Shown: in pieces, positions 51,784-60,409 of the stretch
How positions within the stretch are numbered: the stretch's first letter is position 1
Layout: each line of letters begins with the position of its first letter
Assembly (NCBI GenBank): GCA_964448405.1
Contig: CAYUVW010000001.1
Coordinates: 17,795-81,794 of the forward strand
Direction: 5' to 3'
Length of the DNA: 64,000 nucleotides
Source: an uncultured Candidatus Peribacteria bacterium
GTDB lineage: Bacteria; Patescibacteriota; Gracilibacteria; Peribacterales; Peribacteraceae
Notes under the pieces: model-generated
What the model saw: only the letters and a program-made list of their open reading frames with translations
Database searches by the model: none
Told to the model about the DNA's origin: nothing
Program-made: the position numbers and the translations under genes

Positions 51784-54216
51784 CTAGTTTTCAAATTCCA
51801 AGATCAACTTCGGCGCCAGCGACAAATCGCCGACAGCGCCTTCCTTGGAATAGAATTTAATGTTTCCCGAGTGATTCTCGTGTGTTTTTTGGATCAGCCA
51901 TCCATTGTTTGCGCCTGCCAACACATCCTGCGTGACATCAAACGACACTTCACCGCTCATGCCATTGGTAATGGTCATCGTCGGCGCAGTGCGCGGCGCT
52001 ACAGAGGCATCGCCGCCATCCCAGTTGCCATTGCAATCTTTCTCGGTATTGGCAATCTCCGAATCCGTTGCGCATTTCCATGTCACACCGGGTCCGTTGC
52101 CGCGCGTGGAGTCGGCTTCCGGTACGTCCAGGTCTTTGCCATTACCTTCGGACCAACTCGAAAGCAATCGGCGCACCTCAATCGGACTGCCGCCGTTCTT
52201 CCAGTTCGACGGGGGCATGGAGCCAATGGTCAACACCAGCGTCGCCTTCTGCAGACCCGATAAATTTTGTCCGGCCAAATCGAATCCGACAAGCGAGCGA
52301 ATGTCGCCTTTTTTCCGTACGAGCAGCATGGGATTTATACCCTCATTCGTGTTCGACTTTCCCTCTCGCAAGAAGGCGTCTTGGGTCAGTGTGATCAGCC
52401 GGATGGTCCGACCGGGGCCAATGACCTGCTCCGTCGAACCGATATTCACCGTAATTTCATCGGGATTCGCTTCAGCGGCGGTGAATGCCGAGTAGCCGTC
52501 GAAGGCAAGAGTATTGCCCACATCGTAGCTGGTTGTGGTGGTGATGCCGTCGGGTGCTACGAAGGTGGTGTCGACGCTGCCACTTTTCACGCCGATGTGC
52601 GCGCTGCCGCACAGCACTTCAATCGCATCGCCGGATTCCAGCTGACTTTCGGCGAGTCCGTTGCACATGCTCACGTCGGCGGGCTCTTCCGCATCACCCA
52701 GCTTTGCCTCTATCACGATGCCGGCTGCAGATTCCTCCTCATCACTATCGACAATAATCAAGTTTTGATCAGCTCGATCCACGACCGTTCCGATGGTTGT
52801 GCCCTCATGCAGCATTGCATCACTGAATTCATTGGTGAAATCATCCGGAGCAATATCCACTTCGTTGTAAATACCGTCGCCGTCATTGTCTTGTTTGTAT
52901 TTCACAACGAACGCATCCGAACCGCCGCTGTTGGTTTGCCCTGGTAATGCGCCTAGGGTTTCTCCCATGGCGAAAATATGATGCAGCGTCGGGTCCAGAC
53001 CAACGGCACGCGCAGCGTCATCGAACGCGGTACCGAATTGCGTATACCAGCGCAACTGGCCATCGTAACTGTAGTACTGCAATAAAAAGGCATCGGTCCC
53101 GCCCGCGTTTGTATAGTTGGGCAAAGCGCCGGTAGTTGTACCGCTGACGTACGTCAGGCGATTCCCGGCAAACGCGGCACCACTGACGATGTCATCGCCG
53201 CTGGTGCCGAACTGCGTCAGCCATTCAGGCGAGGCGCCGATATTAATTGGGAAGCCGCGCAGAAAGGTGTCTGCGCCGCCGGCATTCGTAAAGCCCGGCA
53301 TGCTGCCATAGGTGGTTCCTGCAACCACGGCATCTTCTTCCAGGCTGTTCGCCGCCGCATTCGCTTCATCGTACTGCGCGGTGCCGAATTGTACAGTAAG
53401 GTTTTCATTGCCGGTCGTCACGTCGATGCGGCGCATGAATGCATCTGTGCCTCCCGCACTGACCTGGTCTGGCAAAGTACCTGCTGTGGCGCCCGAGACA
53501 ACCACCTCCGTTGAGGCACCGAAATCCACTCCGGTGGCCCAGTCGTCAGCATCCGACCCCCACTGATCGATCCAGCGGATGCTCAGATCCGACCCCAGTC
53601 GTGCCGTGAATGCGTCGAAGCCACCGATGTTCGTTTTCCCAGGAAACGCGCCGCTCGTTTTGCCGGCAATCAACGATCCCGCCTGTTCTCCGTCCGCGCC
53701 CAGCGCATAGTCGTCGCCATCGGTACCGAATTGCAACATGCTCGTGTGCTGCGGCTCCAGGCCCGGGTCGTATTTTCGTACAAAAATATCCACGCCGCCG
53801 GCGCTCGTTTGTCCTGCGAAGGTTGCGTTTGTGTAGCCGACGACGTGAATTCCCGTCTGCTCAATGGCAACGCCGGTCACCACGTCATCTCCGCTGGTGC
53901 CGAATTGCTCAACAAACAGAAGGTTGCCGTGGCGGTCGTATTTTCGGATCCAGCCATCGGTTCCACCTGCACTGCTCTGCCCCGAAAGCACCCCGTCCGT
54001 TGTACCGGCAACGAAAGTGTTGCCGTCGTCATCTACGGCACGGGCTGCCTCGTTGCTCGCCGTGGCGGTTCCGAACTGGCGTATCCAGGAGAGCTCTGGT
54101 GTTCCTGCTGCAAAGACATTCCCGGCTGGCAGCAGCATGCTCAGCGCGAGCGAGGCGGCGACAAGAACGCGCGAAGTGCGCTTTCTTGCCGTAACGACAT
54201 TTTTACTAGAAAACAT
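51784..54216 (-). CDS. secreted SBBP-type beta-propeller repeat protein with C-terminal carbohydrate-binding-like domains
   Basis: Signal peptide. About 8 repeats of FGT.GDD.(A/V).G.A......(V/I)(V/A)G.T.G.(L/F)PG....GG.D.F(V/L)(R/K). The tail contains AFLREG..NTNEG (the DNRLRE-type pattern as I recall it). Confidence 0.75.
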   Translation of the reverse strand: MFSSKNVVTARKRTSRVLVAASLALSMLLPAGNVFAAGTPELSWIRQFGTATASNEAARAVDDDGNTFVAGTTDGVLSGQSSAGGTDGWIRKYDRHGNLLFVEQFGTSGDDVVTGVAIEQTGIHVVGYTNATFAGQTSAGGVDIFVRKYDPGLEPQHTSMLQFGTDGDDYALGADGEQAGSLIAGKTSGAFPGKTNIGGFDAFTARLGSDLSIRWIDQWGSDADDWATGVDFGASTEVVVSGATAGTLPDQVSAGGTDAFMRRIDVTTGNENLTVQFGTAQYDEANAAANSLEEDAVVAGTTYGSMPGFTNAGGADTFLRGFPINIGASPEWLTQFGTSGDDIVSGAAFAGNRLTYVSGTTTGALPNYTNAGGTDAFLLQYYSYDGQLRWYTQFGTAFDDAARAVGLDPTLHHIFAMGETLGALPGQTNSGGSDAFVVKYKQDNDGDGIYNEVDIAPDDFTNEFSDAMLHEGTTIGTVVDRADQNLIIVDSDEEESAAGIVIEAKLGDAEEPADVSMCNGLAESQLESGDAIEVLCGSAHIGVKSGSVDTTFVAPDGITTTTSYDVGNTLAFDGYSAFTAAEANPDEITVNIGSTEQVIGPGRTIRLITLTQDAFLREGKSNTNEGINPMLLVRKKGDIRSLVGFDLAGQNLSGLQKATLVLTIGSMPPSNWKNGGSPIEVRRLLSSWSEGNGKDLDVPEADSTRGNGPGVTWKCATDSEIANTEKDCNGNWDGGDASVAPRTAPTMTITNGMSGEVSFDVTQDVLAGANNGWLIQKTHENHSGNIKFYSKEGAVGDLSLAPKLILEFEN

Positions 54217-54385
54217 AAAAGAAAAAAGTAAAAAAATAAAAAAGCAAAGTTAAACAGACAATACTAAGCTTTTTCTTTTAAAATAAACAAATGACGAACG
54301 ACATAAAAAGTATAATACGCAAATTCTACTTAACATTTTTGTTGCCTCAATGCGCTACTTGCGCAAGCGCTCCCTCTGGAGGATC

Positions 54386-55417
54386 ATGGGCGGTAACCTC
54401 CGTATGAACCGCCTCTTTTCGTCTCGCATTTTCATCGCCTGCGCTGCCGCACTTCTGGCGGGCTCCATCAGCGGGTTTGCGGTACTAAAATTGCACGGGC
54501 ATTTCGATGTGCGCTGCCTCCAGCGATTTCCATTACTCAGTCCGTTTGTTCCATGTGAATCGCAGGAGCCACTCGTGTTCATGCCTGAGTACGAAGAGTT
54601 TCAGGCCAACCTGAGCGATTGGATCGATACACAAAAACAGGCCGGCCTCATTACAGAGGGCGCCGTGTATTTCCGTGACCTTGTTGGCGGACCGTGGTTC
54701 GGTATTCGCGAAACAGCGGAATTCGTTCCTGCCAGCTTGTTTAAGGTACCGGTAATGATCGCCATCCTTCGTGCCTCGCAAGATGTCCCCGGACTTCTTG
54801 AACAGCAGGTGGTCATGTCCGGCTCCTATACCGGACTCATGAATGTCGAGCATCCCAGTGAGTCGCTGGAGTCGGGAGTTCCGTATACCGTCAATCAACT
54901 TCTGGAAAAGATGATCGTGTATTCGGACAATGCCTCGTCCGATTTACTGAAAGACGTGCTGCGTTCCATTGATGAAACAGGCAAGTCCGTCGAAACCATT
55001 TATCGCCAGCTTGGTATGTATTCCGCGGCCACTGAACATCGTTTGTCCGTGAAGAACTATTCATCACTGTTCCGCGTGTTGTTTAACGGCAGGTATTTGA
55101 GCTACGAAATGTCCGAGAAGGCGTTGGAATTACTCAGTCGCTCAGCCTTTACCGATGCGCTGGTTGCAGGAATTCCTAAGGGGACAAAAGTCGCACATAA
55201 ATTCGGCATTCGCGATGTTCCAGGCGAAGATATAAAGCAATTCCACGATTGCGGGATTGTGTACTATCCCAAGCGTCCGTACCTCTTGTGTATTATGACT
55301 CGAGCATCGGATACGGAGAGTGCCATTATGTTCATTCGCGAGGTGTCGCGACGCGTGTATAAGCAAGTCGATGACCGCATGAGTGCGAATGAAGAGTCAT
55401 TGTACGACATGCGGTAA
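54386..55417 (+). CDS. class A beta-lactamase-like serine hydrolase
   Basis: SxxK (ASLFKVP), SDN (YSDNASS) and a KTG-position HKFG. N-terminal TM/signal. Start at 54386 (GGAGG upstream) or 54404. Confidence 0.7.
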   Translation: MGGNLRMNRLFSSRIFIACAAALLAGSISGFAVLKLHGHFDVRCLQRFPLLSPFVPCESQEPLVFMPEYEEFQANLSDWIDTQKQAGLITEGAVYFRDLVGGPWFGIRETAEFVPASLFKVPVMIAILRASQDVPGLLEQQVVMSGSYTGLMNVEHPSESLESGVPYTVNQLLEKMIVYSDNASSDLLKDVLRSIDETGKSVETIYRQLGMYSAATEHRLSVKNYSSLFRVLFNGRYLSYEMSEKALELLSRSAFTDALVAGIPKGTKVAHKFGIRDVPGEDIKQFHDCGIVYYPKRPYLLCIMTRASDTESAIMFIREVSRRVYKQVDDRMSANEESLYDMR

Positions 55418-55435
55418 ACAACACGTAAAAGAAAA

Positions 55436-55457
55436 ACCCCTCTTGGTGCAGAGGGGT
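55436..55457. terminator. bidirectional intrinsic terminator
   Basis: ACCCCTCT-TGGTGC-AGAGGGGT, with an A run upstream and a T-rich tract downstream, between convergent genes. Confidence 0.65.
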
Positions 55458-55499
55458 TGTTCTCGTTTGAAGAAAGTGTTCGCGAGTGTTCGGTCAGGC

Positions 55500-57152
55500 T
55501 TACGGGAGCGTCGATTCGAAGTTCAGGTTAATGAATCCGGCTGCGGCATAGGCGTTGGCGGTGTTGTTTGCGGCCAGCTTCACGTAGAGGGTGACGTAGC
55601 CCTTGGGCGTCCAGGTGCCTCCGGTTTCAGGTCCTTTGATACTTGCGGTGGTAAAGGAGGTGCTGGCGAGGTTATCTGCGCCTGTCAGGTCGCGCATGAC
55701 TCCTGCGGTGTCGCGGATACGAAGGGTCACGTGGTTGTTGGCGGTAGAGGCGACACCGGTCTTGTAGCGCAGTTCAATCGGCTTGGTCACGTCCCATGTG
55801 CTGAAGTTGTCCGGCAGGCGGACGCGGACGGAGATCCAGTAGTCGTTCAAGGCGGCCTTGGTGGAGGTCCACTTGAAGGTGTTGTCCAGGCCGGTCGTGC
55901 CACCCGACAAGGACATTTGGCCTACGAACACGGCACCGCTGGCGAAGTAGATTGCGCCTGGGTATTCGGGGTGCAGCGAGAGAATCTGTCCGCTACCGTT
56001 GCTGCCTGCACCAGTCTGGTCCGTAGCACATTCGAACTTACCGGTTGCCGAGTTGTAGACGACCTTCTGGTTCGTTCCGTTACACGTTGCCAGTCCAAAG
56101 CCCTGGATCGTGGAGCCGGACAAGGCGCCTTCGATCGTGAGCGAGCCGGACATAGTGTGCGTACCGTTGCCGGAAATCTTGAGCGTGGTGCCCGAAATGG
56201 TGCCGTTCACGTCCAAGTCATCGGACAGGTAGAACTTATCGGTGGTATCGAGCCAGGTGAATGTTTCGTCGGTACCCGAATTCATGAAGGTCAATGACAC
56301 GTCCGCTGCAGCGTCATCGCCACCCAACGTGATGTTGCCCTCCGTAAGGATGGAACCCGTCACGGCAAGTGAGCCATTGATGTCTGCGTTACCAGACACA
56401 CGCAATGTGGTGCCGGACAAGACCGTCTTGGCGGTAATGGTCGATACACCAACTATGGCGCCAGTGACGGTAAGCGTTCCGCCCACAGTGGCGTTACGAT
56501 CCACGTTCAGAGCCGAGCCGGAAATGGTTCCCAGCACGGAAATACCCCTGCTGAACTGGAACTTTTGAGCGGAGTTCAAGAAGGTGATGCTTTGGTTGCC
56601 CGAGGTGTTACCGAACGTCAACACGGCGTTGTTCGAGTCGGCATCATCATTAATAGTAATATTTCCATCCGTGCGGATCGCTCCAGAAGCAGTCAGCGCT
56701 CCCTGGACGTCTGCATTACCGGACACACGCAACGTGGTACCGGACAACACCGTCTTCGCAGTAATAGTCGACATACCCAGCACGGCGCCGGTGACAGTCA
56801 ACCTTCCACCCACGGTGGCGTTGCGATCAACGTTCAAGTTGGAACCCGACAGTGTGCCAAGAACACTCAAGCCCGCGGAGAATTGGAATTTTCCGTTGGT
56901 CAGGTATTTCAAGGTGATACCGCTGCTTCCGAAGCGCAGCTCGATGTCGGTGCTGCCGTCTCCACCATCAATTTGCTGGAACGATTCCGTGTTCACCAGC
57001 AATGTTGGTGCCCAGCTGCCCGCGGCCGACGCCAGTGGCGCCAGTGCAGCGAAAGCAATCGAACCAAACGCGATTCCAGCAATGAATTTGCTGGCCCGTG
57101 CGTAGCTGCGGGGAAGTGTGTATGTGAACATAAATATTTGTTGGTATCGCAT
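55500..57152 (-). CDS. secreted fibre-like surface protein C (paralog of A)
   Basis: SWAPTLLVNTESFQQIDGGDG and three fibre modules (LSGTTLRVSGNADVQGALTASGAIRTDGNITINDDADSNNAVLTFG...). The C-terminal beta-sandwich-like domain is shared with 57341..59647. Confidence 0.75.
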   Translation of the reverse strand: MRYQQIFMFTYTLPRSYARASKFIAGIAFGSIAFAALAPLASAAGSWAPTLLVNTESFQQIDGGDGSTDIELRFGSSGITLKYLTNGKFQFSAGLSVLGTLSGSNLNVDRNATVGGRLTVTGAVLGMSTITAKTVLSGTTLRVSGNADVQGALTASGAIRTDGNITINDDADSNNAVLTFGNTSGNQSITFLNSAQKFQFSRGISVLGTISGSALNVDRNATVGGTLTVTGAIVGVSTITAKTVLSGTTLRVSGNADINGSLAVTGSILTEGNITLGGDDAAADVSLTFMNSGTDETFTWLDTTDKFYLSDDLDVNGTISGTTLKISGNGTHTMSGSLTIEGALSGSTIQGFGLATCNGTNQKVVYNSATGKFECATDQTGAGSNGSGQILSLHPEYPGAIYFASGAVFVGQMSLSGGTTGLDNTFKWTSTKAALNDYWISVRVRLPDNFSTWDVTKPIELRYKTGVASTANNHVTLRIRDTAGVMRDLTGADNLASTSFTTASIKGPETGGTWTPKGYVTLYVKLAANNTANAYAAAGFINLNFESTLP

Positions 57153-57340
57153 TACTATAGCACACAGAGAGAAGAAGGTGTAGAGCGTTCATCTTGACCA
57201 TTATGTATTTTGTGGCGTGATATATTCGCTCAGAAAAGTGGTTTGAAGTGGATCTTTGCTTATATAAATGCCAAAAAGTCGACCGCGGCAAAAATTGGAC
57301 AAAATAGAATAATGTATTCCTTATAGTATAAAGGAAGCGC

Positions 57341-59647
57341 TTACTCTCGTCGGAGCTCCACGTACTGCATTTTCAGGCTGCCGATATGCACCTGGAAGTT
57401 GTCTTTTGCGGACGCGCGGATGCGGATCAAGAAGTCTTGTCCCGGAGTCCATGTTCCACCGCTGCCGATGTCGATACCGCTGGTGGTCCAGCTGGTATTC
57501 GCAAGGTTGGAAACAGAGCCGGACAAGGTGACCGGTACGCCGTTGGTATCGTAGACTTGAATGTCCACTTTGTTCGCGGCATTGCTGGCATTGGTCGTGC
57601 GGTAATCCAGGCTCAGCGGATTTTCGGCACCACCCGCCTTCCAGCGGACGAAGTTCGGCGACAGATGTGCCTTCAACAAGATGTCGTAGTCCTGCAGCAC
57701 TGGGCGCGTGCTCGACCAATCATAGAAGTTTATCTTTGTTGTATTGTCGTGACTGACCTGCAACTGACCGATGTTATCGGTACCGTCGCCCTGGTAGCTG
57801 GCATGTTCGAACTCCGGATTGAAGACGGTTTGCACCGTGGTTTCACGGTCGTCACTATTCAGGATGCGACGATCGGTGATGGTCAGCACGTTCGAGCCGT
57901 TGGTCGTTACTTCGGCAACCGGAATGTACGACTCGTCGGTCGGGTAGCCGAGCGTAGTCACAGTCAGTCCTCCGGAGCCGAAGAACACGTAGCTGGAGGT
58001 GCTGGCGGGAACAGCCACGCCGCTGGCGCCTGCATAGTTGGTGACGACTCCATTCAAGCGGTAGCTTCCACCGGAAACCATAATCGTCAGTCCGGCACCG
58101 GCGTATGCTTTCAGTGCGCCGGTGGAACTCTGCAGCGAACCCAGGTTGACGCCGTTCACCAGACCGGTGACGGTCAAGTCTCCTTGAATGCGCACATCGT
58201 CATTGAAGTTGAACCAGCCGTTCACGCTGTCGTAGCTCAGTTGCTTGGACAGCGCGTTACCGAATTGCAGCACGACTTCGGTGGCGGCGCTGTCGTCGTT
58301 GTTCAGTACGAAGGTGTTTGCATTCGTGCCGCCGGGGATGGTGCTCTTGGGCAGCAAGCCGCTCAGGTCCAACACCGGAATATTGAAGCTGCCGGTTCCA
58401 GTGTCGTGCTGGTCGAGCAACTCGGCGTTGTTTGCAAACGGTACGGTGGTCACGCGCGAGCGATCCAACGCAGTATCGCTCGGGTTGGTGTCCAGCAACT
58501 CATACGAGGTATCCGGATCGCCGGCCATCTTCACCTCTACTTGCAGGTGGAGGTTCTTCAGGGTGTCCACCGGCAGCGTGCTGAAGTCGATGAGCGGCGT
58601 GACTTTGCCGAGTTCAACCGAGAAGTAACCCTGTGCGGTCGGCGTGACGGTTTGTACTTCGTTCCAGCTGACATAGTTGGTGGCACTCGTATTGATTGCG
58701 CCGCCGCCCGTAAGATCCGAAGTCACGAAGTCGGAGCTCTTCCAGTAGCTGAAGCGAATGGTGACCGCCGTCGTAATAGGTGTGCCGCTGGCGTTCAAGA
58801 GGTTGCCCTTATAGGTGCTCAAGAGCGGAGTGGTCGTGTTGGCGGCGTGTGCGGTGAACGGCATGCCGAGGAGCAGCAGTCCCAGCGCAAGCGAGAACAG
58901 TGCCAGCAACACGCTCATGGCAACCGTGCGATTGCGCTTCTTTTTCAAGAACGTGCGGATGCGCTTGTGCAGCACGTACGTCATGGCGCTGCTGCCGGCA
59001 ATCGCAATGCAGAACAGTGAGATCCACATCCAGACCCATGTGGCGGTTTCCGTTGCTGCACCGTGCAGCGTTTCTGCAGGAGGACAGAGCGGATCAACCG
59101 CACCGAAGTACCGCAGATTCAGTGCCGTACCGTCGATCGACGACGTATCGTATGTCGTTTCCGTCCATGCCGAGCTCGACAGATCGGTCGTTGTTTCTTC
59201 GGCCGATGCGCTGCTTGCCGAACTTGCAATCGGATACGTCTGCGGTACACGCGGGCCACGAGAACTCGTGCTGCTCGAATGCGTGCTTGCACTTGCACTG
59301 CTTGCCGCAGGATGCGGTCGGGAACCGCCGCCGCTCGTACCGGCATTACCTCCGGTGCTTCCGCCGCCGGTCGTGCCACCCGCGCCGGTCGACGAACTGC
59401 TGCTTGTGCCGGCAGTCGTTGCGGGTCCGGTCGTCAGGATGAAGTTGTTTCCAGTGAGGACCGAATCGTTCCACGTCACGCCGTTGTTCATGTGCTGGAA
59501 CGACGTGCTTACGCCCGGATCTCCGGTAGCGTTGTCGCCCATGCTTTCTTGCAGCTGGAACGACGTGCTCACCTGAGCCATGGCGACCGGTGCGCTCAGA
59601 GTGAGCGCCAGGAGTGCCAAGCCGATGCTGGTGACGAAGCGTCGCAT
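57341..59647 (-). CDS. surface protein D: signal peptide, Ser/Thr/Gly-rich domain, internal TM hairpin, fibre module, shared C-terminal domain
   Basis: See finding at 58844-59038. The C-terminal ~170 aa parallel those of protein C (..GGTWTP(G/K)..). Confidence 0.7.
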   Translation of the reverse strand: MRRFVTSIGLALLALTLSAPVAMAQVSTSFQLQESMGDNATGDPGVSTSFQHMNNGVTWNDSVLTGNNFILTTGPATTAGTSSSSSTGAGGTTGGGSTGGNAGTSGGGSRPHPAASSASASTHSSSTSSRGPRVPQTYPIASSASSASAEETTTDLSSSAWTETTYDTSSIDGTALNLRYFGAVDPLCPPAETLHGAATETATWVWMWISLFCIAIAGSSAMTYVLHKRIRTFLKKKRNRTVAMSVLLALFSLALGLLLLGMPFTAHAANTTTPLLSTYKGNLLNASGTPITTAVTIRFSYWKSSDFVTSDLTGGGAINTSATNYVSWNEVQTVTPTAQGYFSVELGKVTPLIDFSTLPVDTLKNLHLQVEVKMAGDPDTSYELLDTNPSDTALDRSRVTTVPFANNAELLDQHDTGTGSFNIPVLDLSGLLPKSTIPGGTNANTFVLNNDDSAATEVVLQFGNALSKQLSYDSVNGWFNFNDDVRIQGDLTVTGLVNGVNLGSLQSSTGALKAYAGAGLTIMVSGGSYRLNGVVTNYAGASGVAVPASTSSYVFFGSGGLTVTTLGYPTDESYIPVAEVTTNGSNVLTITDRRILNSDDRETTVQTVFNPEFEHASYQGDGTDNIGQLQVSHDNTTKINFYDWSSTRPVLQDYDILLKAHLSPNFVRWKAGGAENPLSLDYRTTNASNAANKVDIQVYDTNGVPVTLSGSVSNLANTSWTTSGIDIGSGGTWTPGQDFLIRIRASAKDNFQVHIGSLKMQYVELRRE

Positions 59648-59651
59648 GGGG

Positions 59652-60239
59652 CTACGCGGTCGGCAGGGGAGGAAGTGGGAGCATGGAGAGCGGGTCCTCG
59701 TCAGTTTCCGAAGCAGACGCAGGAGTGAGCTGCGTCGTGTTGATTGCCGTGGTGGTGTCCTGCTCCGTGCTCGTTACGATTTCCGTTTCGCCACGCTTCT
59801 GCATGTGCGATGCCTTTTCACCGAAGAACAATTTGTGACGAGCGATAACGCGGCCGACGGTCGACACAGACACTTCGATGCCGTAGATCTCGCGCAGCAT
59901 GGCGTGAATGCCGACCTTGCCCGTGGTCGGGTGAGCCATGCGCAGTTCGCGAATGGCGGCTACCGTTCGGGCATCGGTTTCGGGCGCGCGTACGGCATGC
60001 GGCCGACGCGACGTTTCCTCCAGGCTCGACACGTTCTGCGCGTCGAAGCGATTCCACCAACGCATGAACGTCGAGCGTGCAATGCCGAAGTGTCGGCATG
60101 CCAAGCTGACGTTGTTGTCATGTTCGAGTGTGTACAAAAACCACTTCAAACGCTGCACCGCTCCGGCACTCAATTCCAACTCGACGGCCTGCTTCAGCAG
60201 GCGTCGTACATCGGCCAATCGTGTATCGCGGGCGGACAT
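59652..60239 (-). CDS. transposase-derived helix-turn-helix protein (IS481-type N-terminus, no catalytic core)
   Basis: CRHFGIARSTFMRWWNRF...LEETSRRPH...IRELR...VSVSTVGRVIARH matches the N-terminal DNA-binding region of IS481-type transposases. The ORF ends after 195 aa without a DDE domain. Its stop is 4 nt before the start of protein D. Confidence 0.7.
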   Translation of the reverse strand: MSARDTRLADVRRLLKQAVELELSAGAVQRLKWFLYTLEHDNNVSLACRHFGIARSTFMRWWNRFDAQNVSSLEETSRRPHAVRAPETDARTVAAIRELRMAHPTTGKVGIHAMLREIYGIEVSVSTVGRVIARHKLFFGEKASHMQKRGETEIVTSTEQDTTTAINTTQLTPASASETDEDPLSMLPLPPLPTA

Positions 60240-60409
60240 GAATTTTGATTTTTGTTTTTGGTGCGCGTTAGTGCGTACCTTGTTCTTGTAACTTTACTAT
60301 GCTTAATTTTAGCAGAGTTGGCACAAAATGTCTATGTGCTGCAGTGTAAGTTTCTGAGCTTCCGTTTCACAGTGCCAAAAAGCCCGATTTTGCTGCTTGC
60401 AGAATGGCT

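Noticed and set aside
44853-57152. Prophage or tailocin interpretation of the tail-fibre-like proteins.
   Set aside because: There are no capsid, portal, terminase, baseplate, sheath, integrase or lysis genes anywhere nearby. All the proteins have Sec signal peptides and sit among cell-envelope genes.
59652-60300. Insertion sequence or mobile element call for the IS481-like gene.
   Set aside because: Only the DNA-binding N-terminus is present. I found no DDE core in any frame downstream (the next codons belong to the fibre gene). There are no terminal inverted repeats or target-site duplication.
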